This document shows, one piece after another, positions 18,579 through 26,340 of a DNA stretch of 64,000 nucleotides. Source of the stretch: Acutalibacteraceae bacterium (GTDB lineage: Bacteria > Bacillota > Clostridia > Oscillospirales > Acutalibacteraceae). The stretch lies in NCBI GenBank assembly GCA_045531265.1, contig JAZSDP010000078.1, forward strand, positions 27,610 to 91,609, read 5' to 3'. A program made the translations under genes and the position numbers. Each line of letters begins with the position of its first letter. Position 1 is the stretch's first letter. Below the pieces are notes generated by a model. The model had not been told where the DNA came from and searched no databases. It was given only the letters and a program-made list of their open reading frames with translations.

Positions 18579-21500
18579 ATGAAAAATCAATTCAAAAAAA
18601 GTTTATCACTCATAATGGCAGTGCTTATGGTACTGTCCTGTTGGGTATGGGTTGCTCCCACCAAGGCGGAAGCAGCTGACTACAGAGACAGTTATTACTA
18701 CGTTAAGCTCACAACAAATGTAACCGATACCGGTGACGAAGATGGCTCAACCATTACTATTACATATAAGACCAACAACGGTATGGGCGAAACCGCGGAT
18801 TATGTAAAGACTTACGGTCGGATGGGTTGGAGCGGTCAAACTACAGTATTTGAGGGCTACATTCCCGGTTATCCCACTGCTGTTCATTGGAATATGCCTG
18901 TGGGTTGGGGTCGTTCAGAAAACCACAGAGATATTACTCTTTGGATAGGTAAGGATGCCGCAAACTGTACAACAAAGGCTTTATATAGTGAAGGCTACAA
19001 CTTTAAGGATGATAAGACAGGTCTTGTTGGTTCAACTAATGAAGACTGTTACCTTTCAGTTCCTCAGGGTCTTGAAACTCCCAGACCTAACAAGGATCAG
19101 TCCTTTTTCTATGATGACAAGGGCAACGTTTTCACATCTGATACCCTTGTTACTATTCCCGATGTAGGCGATACTACCGTTATTTCAAAGGATTTCAATG
19201 TTCAGATTTGTGACCAGTACGGCGTTTACTGGTACAACACCCCCACTTTCAACCTTTCAAAGACTGAAGGCGGTACGACGGATGTTTCTGATGAAGAATC
19301 CGGCTTCTGGTGGGTTGATAAGGGTACATCAGGTAAATCTGTAACTGTTAAAATTACTGAGCAGATGCAGAAGTCCCTTTCACTTCCTCTTTCTAACTCT
19401 GATGGTTATATAGATTATTATATCGTTGCTTCACATTCAGAAAATGACGGTACTGCAACTCTCTCAAGAAAAATCCGTGTTACATACCCCAAGTATGACT
19501 GGAAATTCAATACAACTGTCAGCGGTTCAGCATATACTGCAGACAAGATCATTATGCAGGACGGATCCTTCTACGATGCAAACAACGACTCTCAGCCCGA
19601 CGCTCACTTTGAGAAAGCTGATTATCTTGCATATAACCAGAAGGCTTCTGTATATCCCGTAAGCGCTGAAAGAAAAGGCTTCACCTTCCTCGGCTTCTGG
19701 ACTCAGCAGCAGTCCGCAACACTTGGTGACCCCAGTGAACCTTTCACTCTTGAGAGCAATTTCAAATATCCTATCAGCCAGGCAAACTATGATGCCCTCA
19801 CTGCCGAAGAGCAGGAAGGCTATGTTGTTGCCGGTGAACAGTGGAACTCCAAGGATTCCGCAATGCTCAACACAGAAGGCAACAAGACATACTATGCCTG
19901 GTGGCTTGCAGATGACGTCAACGTTAAGTTCTATGACATTGACGGTAAGTTCCTTCTTGAAAAAACAGTAAAAGCAGGTCAGCGCAACGGCGCCTTAACC
20001 TGGCCCACTCCCACTCAGCAGTTTGTAAGCGGTTCCTTCACTTACAGCAACTGGAACGGCAAGTGGGAGCATGCAGACGGTACAGTTGTTGATTCAACAA
20101 ACCATACCTTCTGGAACGACCTTGTTCTTACTCCTCTTTATGAAACAGTAAGCTTTACAAATAAATATAACATCGCTTTCTATAATACATACGGTGCAAC
20201 CGGTATGTTCGGCTACTCAAAGGAATACGGCTACAGAGAAACTGCAAACGTTCCTACAGCTGATGAAATAACAGAGCTTACAGAAGGTGTAGATTATACA
20301 TATACCTTCGAAGGCTTTGTAAACTGGAAGCCCGAAAACGGCAACTACCACATAATGCTTGAAGATGTAGACTTTGATGAAAACGGTCATGCACTTAACA
20401 TTATTGAAGACTTTACCGTAAGAAGTGATGCTTCATACTACCCCGTATTCAGACGTCACATCAAGAGCTATGATGTTTACTTTGAATATATCAATGAGCA
20501 GGCTGAATATGTAGGTGTATATAAGACCTTCAAATACGGTGAAACAATCACTCCTCCCGAAGGTGTACCCGCAGTTTACGCTGAAGAAGGCTTTGAATAT
20601 AAGTTCCTCGGTTGGACAAGAGACAACACTGACGTTAATCTCAGCCAGGAAGTATGCCGTCCCGATTATGAATACTACGCAAAGTATGACAACGGTACAG
20701 CTACTCCTTACACAGTTTCATTTGTATATAAGAATGAAAAGGGTGAAGATGTAACAACCACAACAGAGGTTAACCACGGCGATTATATCCCATTTGAATT
20801 TGTTGAATCCCTTAAGGATAAGCCTTGCGGCATCTTTGATGACGGTGAAAGCCAGCTCAGCTTCAACCTTGAAAAAGGTAAGTGGCATTTCAACGGCTCA
20901 GATTATACTTATGATGAGCTTGCCAACTATTCACCCACAGGTCATACAACATTTACTGCTGTTTACGAAGACGGTATTCCCTTCTACACCGTAACATATA
21001 AGGACGGTAACAACACTCAAAGCTACAGACTGCTCAGCGGTGAAAAGCTTCCTCAGTGGATTTATGAGGTTGAAGGTGAAGGCGGAGAGTCAGAAGAGAA
21101 GACTTATCTTCCCACAATTGCTGATACAGACGAAGGCCGTTACACATTTGAAGGCTGGTATGACGAGGAACAGCTTGACATTGCTGCTACCAACGGCACA
21201 AAGTACGAGGTTGGTGTTACACCCGTTACCGGCAATGTAACTCTTTATCCCCAGTTCTCATTCGGTAAGTTTGAATATCACATTAAGTTTGTAAACTACG
21301 ACGGCACAGAGCTTGTTAAGGGGACATTCAACTATCTTGATTCTCTCGGTGATATCACATACAACGCAAAGAATCTTGCAGTAAGACCTGCCGACGAAAC
21401 CTACACATATCAGTTCATCGGTTGGGACAAGAAGGTTCCCGAATTCTGTGAAGGCGGTGAACCCGACAGCACAATCACATTTGTTGCACAGTATAAGCCC

Positions 21501-24500
21501 GTCTATATCTATTATGATATTGATTGGCTCAATAGTGAAGGTGAAACAACACCTCTCAAAACAAGTAAGTATATCTATGGCGACAGAATCTTCACTCCTT
21601 CAGTAACTCTTTCACCCGTAGGTCCTGATTCAACAAAGAACTATGTATTTGCAGGCTGGTATTACAGAGATGCAGAAGGCGTTGAGCATGCTTACAACCG
21701 TAACATCACCGTTACAGGCGACATGCAGTTCTATGCAAAGTACGTTGAAGCTACTGCTGTTTACACCGTAACTGTTGTAACAGGCAAGAATGCAGCAGAC
21801 TACACCTTCACCGTAGAAGACGGAACATCACTTAAGAACCTTGTTTCAAATCCCGTTGCAGGCTATATCGATGCTGAAAAGCATGATGCTTTTGCAGGCT
21901 GGTACACAACACGCACAGCAGACGGTGAAACAGGCGAATTCACATACTCCGATATGTTCGATATCGAGAACGATGTTGTAAACGGCAATATCACTCTTTA
22001 TGCAACCTACACAGAAGGTAAGCATGTGCTCAACAAGAGCGAAGTTAAGGAAGTTCCCACATATCCTATGGCAGGTTACACCGAATATGACGGCACACCG
22101 GTTCCCGCTGATGACGGTAAGGGTGTTATGACCGTATGGTGTGAATGCAATAAGGAAAAAACTCAGAAGGATGAAGCTATCCCCGCTCTTACCGATAATG
22201 TTGCTCCCACAGGTACAGGTTACATCGGTACAAAGTGGAACACAGAAGACGGTGAACTCAGCGATGTTGTTTACGCTTCACCCAAAACAAGCCTTATCCT
22301 TACAACAACCGATAAGGGCGATAAGAACGCTCAGTTCAATCCCTCAGAACTCGGTATCGGTGTTCAGGAAATTCAGGCAGCTATTTATCCCGCAGCAGAC
22401 CCCATTACAGAAGCTGACATCAAGTTCACAGACGGTGCATTCGATCCCGAAAAGGGCGTATGGACAAAGATGTACGACTGGACTCAGATTCAGGCATCAC
22501 TTATAAATTACTACGGCGGTTGGGATAAGATTCCTTCCGTATATCAGAATTATCCCGGTAATGCAACCGGCGATATCGGTGCATACAATGTAACTGACGG
22601 TACAGAGTACAAGGTATATGCTGTTATCATTGATAAGGCAGGTAACTGGAAGTTTATGGAAACCTGCACCTTCGTATACGATGCAACAGCTCCCGTTGTT
22701 ACCTTCTCAGGCAGTTCAAACGCTGCAAAGGATAAGTTCTGCGGTGAAGTTACAATCAATGTTGAAGAAGCAAACGCTTACACCGTTAAGGCTAACGGCG
22801 AGGTTCTTACAGCAGAAGACGGCGTTTATAAGATTACCGAAGCCGATTATTACAACATCGTTGTTGAAGATGTTGCAGGCAACAAGGTAAGCAAGTATGT
22901 AACAGTAACTGCAGGCCACGATATGCAGGAATATGTTGTTGAAGCAACCTGTGAAATGAACGGTTACAAGACAGAGAAGTGTACAGTTTGCGGTACCCAG
23001 GACGCTGATGAAGAAATTATCGAATCCGAAGGTCACAAGATGACCACAAAGCATGTTGCTCCCACATGTACAGAAAACGGTTACGATGTAATGGAATGTT
23101 CAAAGTGTCATCTTAAGGAAATAGTTGAACACACTGCTACAGGCGAAGTTCTTTATCCTAAAACAGGTCACAGCTACAAGAAGGTTGAAGGCAGCGAAGA
23201 AAACGAAGTTATCGTAACTCTTCCCGCAACCTGTTCAGATACAGGTCTTGGCTACAACCTTTGCTCAGTCTGCGGTTACAGAAATATCGTAACTCTTGAT
23301 ATAAATCCCGATGCACATAATCCCTTCCCCGTAAAGGTTATCAAATCAACCTGTACTCAGGAAGGCAGCAGAACTCAGGTTTGCCGTTACAACCCTGAAC
23401 ACGTTCTTATCAACGAAACTCTTCCGCTTGCTGCTCATACATTTGACGGTTGGAGAGTTGAAACTCCGGTAGGCTGTTTTGAAGGCGTTAAAGATGAAAA
23501 CGGTGAATATACTCAGCTTCCCGCATACGGTCTTGAAGTAAACTACTGCTCAAAGTGCGGTATTGACAATGAAGTGGACGGTGTTCTTGTAACACGTGAA
23601 ATCAAGGAGCTTAAGAATCACTTCTGGCAGATTACAGACAGAACCGAAAATGCTGAAGGTACAAAGGCAACTGTAACATACGGTTGTACCGGATGTACAG
23701 CTACAAGAACAGAAACTGTTGATATTGAGCAGCTTGTAACATATAAGGTTGAATTCATCAACGGTGAAGAAACAGAAGTTATTGAAGTAACACGCGGTGA
23801 ATCCGTTGCTGAAGATGCAATTGCTGCTCCCACAAAGGCAAACAGTGAAGACGGAAAGCATAAGTACACCTTTGCAGGTTGGTTCACAAAGAAAGATAAC
23901 GGCGACTTCTCTGAAGAATATATCCTCGGAAAGGCTGTTTACAGCGACCTTAAGCTTTATCCCAAGTTTACTGAAAGCAACATCATCTATGAAGTGCAGT
24001 TCATTAAGGCTAAGTCTTTCAAGGAAGTTGAAGTCAAGGATGATGAGGGTAATGTAATCGGCACAAAGATTGAATATACCTACGAAAATCCCGATCTTGA
24101 AGACGTAACTACCCTTAACGGTTATAAGGGTGCAATAAGAAAGCCCTCCGCTGACCCCGTTCTTAAGGGTAACGATAAGTACACATTCGAATTTGCAGGC
24201 TGGAAGGACGCTGCAGGTAATATTGTAAAAGACTTTACAGTTAAGGATAGCGCTACCTATACTGCATCCTACAAAGAAATCAAGAATGTATACAATGTAG
24301 TATTTATGAACGGTACTGAGCCCTTCTATGTAATCGAAGGTCTCACTGCAGGTGAAAATGCTGTTTACAATAAGGTTGATACCGAAGGTAACATTGTATA
24401 TCCCACAAAGGCTTCCACAGCAGAAAAGCACTACACCTTCGACGGTAAGTGGTACACAAGTGCAGACTGCAAGGAAGAAGCTGATCTTACTGATATCCAG

Positions 24501-25883
24501 GAAAAGACAGTTGTTTACGCAGGCTACGTAGAAGCTGACCACAACTTTGACGATGGTGAAGTAATCCAGGCTCAGGAATGTGATAAGGAAGAAATCACCA
24601 AGTTTGTTTGCGAAACATGTGAATACGAAAAGACAGAAACAACCAAGCCGGTTAAGGGCCACACCAAGGACGGCGGCACATATGACGCTGAAACCGGTGA
24701 AAACATCTTCAAGTGTGAAGATTGCGGCACAGAACTCGAGCGCACCAAGGCTTCTTACACAATCAAGTTCTTCAATGATAACGGTCTTGCAATTGATATG
24801 ATTACAGTTCCCGCTAACACAGAAGTTGAATTTGATTATGGCGAAAACAATGCAAATGTTCCCACCAAGAAATCCGACGCCCAGTACACTTATACATTCG
24901 CCGGCTGGAAAGCTCCCGACGGAAAAGAATATAAGATGGGCGCAGAACTTCCCAAGGCAACAGCAGATATCGTTTATACAGCTTACTACACAAGCACAGT
25001 ACGTACTTACACAGTAAGATTTGCAAATGTAAACAAGGAAGTTGTTTATGAGGTTGAAGGCGTTGCATACGGTGCATCTGTTGATACAGTTGATACAGCT
25101 AAGAAGTATGCTTACACCGAAGCTAAGTACGGCGGCAAGCAGGCAAATGCTGAAGGCCACTATGTATTCAGCGGTTGGGATACCGACATTACAAAGATCG
25201 TAGGCGATACACTTGTTCGTCCCGTATTTACTCTTGAAGCACACACCTTTGACGGCGGTAAGGAAACCGGTGCAGACTGTGTAACTCCCGGCGGTACAAA
25301 GTATAGCTGCGCTTGCGGATACTCATATATGGGCACAGAAACCGTTCCTGCAACAGGCCATAACTGGAAGCTTGTGCAGACAATCGAACCCGACTTCGCA
25401 GAACAGGAGGATGGCAAGAGAATTTACGAATGTCAGAATCCCGGATGCGGAGAAAAGTACGAAGAAGTAATCAGCGGTAAGCTTGCAGAAATCAAGGTAA
25501 CCGTTAAGGATACCGCAGGCAACCCCGTTCAGAATGCTCTTGTTCAGCTTTACAGAAAGTCTGACGGAGCTCAGATGGGCGGCGAAAAAACAGGTTCCTC
25601 AGGTGTTGTAGTATTTATGGTACAGCCCGGTGAATACACCGTAACCGTTAAGGTTGAAGGCATTGGTGACACAAGCTACGATGTTGCTGTTGACGAAAAC
25701 GGCAATACAACCGGCAACCAGGATCAGGTTACAGTTGAAAAGCCTGCTGAAGAAGTACACAAGTGCGAATGCTCTTGCCACCGTAATAACTTCTGGGGCG
25801 GATTCTTCAGATTCTTCCAGAAGATCATCAAGCTCTTCACAGGTAAGGCTTCCTGCTGTGCAGATCCTGACTCAAGAATCTGA
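18579..25883 (+). CDS. very large secreted surface protein (2,434 aa) with about 14 Listeria/Bacteroides-type (InlB B-repeat / Flg_new-like) repeats, an Ig-like region, Cys-rich CxxC modules, a CarboxypepD_reg-like domain and a Cys-flanked amphipathic C-terminal tail
   Basis: The ATG at 18579 lies 8 nt after AAGGAGG, and the track ORF begins at an upstream GTG (18495). The signal peptide is MKNQFKKSLSLIMAVLMVLSCWVWVAPTKAEA. The aromatic-GW signature recurs (FLGFW, FLGWT, FEGWY, FIGWD, FAGWY x2, FAGWF, FAGWK x2, FSGWD), each followed by LYA/LYP-type strands. A terminator follows the gene. Confidence 0.93.
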   Translation: MKNQFKKSLSLIMAVLMVLSCWVWVAPTKAEAADYRDSYYYVKLTTNVTDTGDEDGSTITITYKTNNGMGETADYVKTYGRMGWSGQTTVFEGYIPGYPTAVHWNMPVGWGRSENHRDITLWIGKDAANCTTKALYSEGYNFKDDKTGLVGSTNEDCYLSVPQGLETPRPNKDQSFFYDDKGNVFTSDTLVTIPDVGDTTVISKDFNVQICDQYGVYWYNTPTFNLSKTEGGTTDVSDEESGFWWVDKGTSGKSVTVKITEQMQKSLSLPLSNSDGYIDYYIVASHSENDGTATLSRKIRVTYPKYDWKFNTTVSGSAYTADKIIMQDGSFYDANNDSQPDAHFEKADYLAYNQKASVYPVSAERKGFTFLGFWTQQQSATLGDPSEPFTLESNFKYPISQANYDALTAEEQEGYVVAGEQWNSKDSAMLNTEGNKTYYAWWLADDVNVKFYDIDGKFLLEKTVKAGQRNGALTWPTPTQQFVSGSFTYSNWNGKWEHADGTVVDSTNHTFWNDLVLTPLYETVSFTNKYNIAFYNTYGATGMFGYSKEYGYRETANVPTADEITELTEGVDYTYTFEGFVNWKPENGNYHIMLEDVDFDENGHALNIIEDFTVRSDASYYPVFRRHIKSYDVYFEYINEQAEYVGVYKTFKYGETITPPEGVPAVYAEEGFEYKFLGWTRDNTDVNLSQEVCRPDYEYYAKYDNGTATPYTVSFVYKNEKGEDVTTTTEVNHGDYIPFEFVESLKDKPCGIFDDGESQLSFNLEKGKWHFNGSDYTYDELANYSPTGHTTFTAVYEDGIPFYTVTYKDGNNTQSYRLLSGEKLPQWIYEVEGEGGESEEKTYLPTIADTDEGRYTFEGWYDEEQLDIAATNGTKYEVGVTPVTGNVTLYPQFSFGKFEYHIKFVNYDGTELVKGTFNYLDSLGDITYNAKNLAVRPADETYTYQFIGWDKKVPEFCEGGEPDSTITFVAQYKPVYIYYDIDWLNSEGETTPLKTSKYIYGDRIFTPSVTLSPVGPDSTKNYVFAGWYYRDAEGVEHAYNRNITVTGDMQFYAKYVEATAVYTVTVVTGKNAADYTFTVEDGTSLKNLVSNPVAGYIDAEKHDAFAGWYTTRTADGETGEFTYSDMFDIENDVVNGNITLYATYTEGKHVLNKSEVKEVPTYPMAGYTEYDGTPVPADDGKGVMTVWCECNKEKTQKDEAIPALTDNVAPTGTGYIGTKWNTEDGELSDVVYASPKTSLILTTTDKGDKNAQFNPSELGIGVQEIQAAIYPAADPITEADIKFTDGAFDPEKGVWTKMYDWTQIQASLINYYGGWDKIPSVYQNYPGNATGDIGAYNVTDGTEYKVYAVIIDKAGNWKFMETCTFVYDATAPVVTFSGSSNAAKDKFCGEVTINVEEANAYTVKANGEVLTAEDGVYKITEADYYNIVVEDVAGNKVSKYVTVTAGHDMQEYVVEATCEMNGYKTEKCTVCGTQDADEEIIESEGHKMTTKHVAPTCTENGYDVMECSKCHLKEIVEHTATGEVLYPKTGHSYKKVEGSEENEVIVTLPATCSDTGLGYNLCSVCGYRNIVTLDINPDAHNPFPVKVIKSTCTQEGSRTQVCRYNPEHVLINETLPLAAHTFDGWRVETPVGCFEGVKDENGEYTQLPAYGLEVNYCSKCGIDNEVDGVLVTREIKELKNHFWQITDRTENAEGTKATVTYGCTGCTATRTETVDIEQLVTYKVEFINGEETEVIEVTRGESVAEDAIAAPTKANSEDGKHKYTFAGWFTKKDNGDFSEEYILGKAVYSDLKLYPKFTESNIIYEVQFIKAKSFKEVEVKDDEGNVIGTKIEYTYENPDLEDVTTLNGYKGAIRKPSADPVLKGNDKYTFEFAGWKDAAGNIVKDFTVKDSATYTASYKEIKNVYNVVFMNGTEPFYVIEGLTAGENAVYNKVDTEGNIVYPTKASTAEKHYTFDGKWYTSADCKEEADLTDIQEKTVVYAGYVEADHNFDDGEVIQAQECDKEEITKFVCETCEYEKTETTKPVKGHTKDGGTYDAETGENIFKCEDCGTELERTKASYTIKFFNDNGLAIDMITVPANTEVEFDYGENNANVPTKKSDAQYTYTFAGWKAPDGKEYKMGAELPKATADIVYTAYYTSTVRTYTVRFANVNKEVVYEVEGVAYGASVDTVDTAKKYAYTEAKYGGKQANAEGHYVFSGWDTDITKIVGDTLVRPVFTLEAHTFDGGKETGADCVTPGGTKYSCACGYSYMGTETVPATGHNWKLVQTIEPDFAEQEDGKRIYECQNPGCGEKYEEVISGKLAEIKVTVKDTAGNPVQNALVQLYRKSDGAQMGGEKTGSSGVVVFMVQPGEYTVTVKVEGIGDTSYDVAVDENGNTTGNQDQVTVEKPAEEVHKCECSCHRNNFWGGFFRFFQKIIKLFTGKASCCADPDSRI

Positions 25884-25908
25884 CACTAAATCGGAACATT
25901 TAAACTCA

Positions 25909-25942
25909 GAAGACACACTCCGTTCGGGGTGTGTCTTTTTTG
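25909..25942 (+). terminator. rho-independent terminator between the two large genes
   Basis: The stem gaagacacactcc / ggggtgtgtctt (about 12 bp) has a gttc loop and is followed by TTTTTT (25936-25941). Confidence 0.85.
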
Positions 25943-26083
25943 TGTATTGATTTTGTTTGTAAGGGTAGCAGGAGCTGAAAATGTACAATACGATGATCAA
26001 AATCATATGTTTATTCTGATAATTCAATATATTGTGCACTCAAAATTTGCTATAACTATATACTGATGATTCCTCATATATGG

Positions 26084-26112
26084 CTGAAAACCTTTATTTA
26101 TAAGGTTTTCAG
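26084..26112. promoter_or_regulatory. perfect 11-bp inverted repeat upstream of the giant-gene promoter (candidate operator)
   Basis: The repeat ctgaaaacctt-tatttat-aaggttttcag is not followed by a T-run and lies about 80 nt upstream of the -35 element. Confidence 0.35.
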
Positions 26113-26191
26113 AGCCACAAGTAAAACTTAACAAAATAAAAACACGGCATATATGCAATATGTAGAATTAAAAAAAAATTAAGAAATCGTA

Positions 26192-26220
26192 TTGAAAAAT
26201 TTGACTTCAAATGATATACT
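26192..26220 (+). promoter_or_regulatory. sigma-A-type promoter candidate for the giant gene
   Basis: TTGAAA (26192-26197), a 17-nt spacer and an extended -10 TGATATACT (TATACT at 26215-26220) are followed by the palindrome acctata-gt-tataggt at the predicted transcript 5' end. Confidence 0.6.
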
Positions 26221-26340
26221 ACCTATAGTTATAGGTGTCTCTATGGGCATTTTGCACCCTTTTTTAGGGTTCAGCTCGGTATTTATATAGGGAATCCTAT
26301 TTATAACATACATATTCTTTCATATAAGGAGGAAAATTTT

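Noticed and set aside
23550-25244. A 564-aa ORF antisense to the 2,434-aa gene.
   Set aside because: This is a shadow ORF created by the codon bias of the sense gene. Its translation is Cys/Phe/Val/Ile-rich nonsense (CFKSKYGTNKCIAYDLCNVG...). It has no RBS and no recognisable motif, and the sense frame carries clear repeat-domain signatures.
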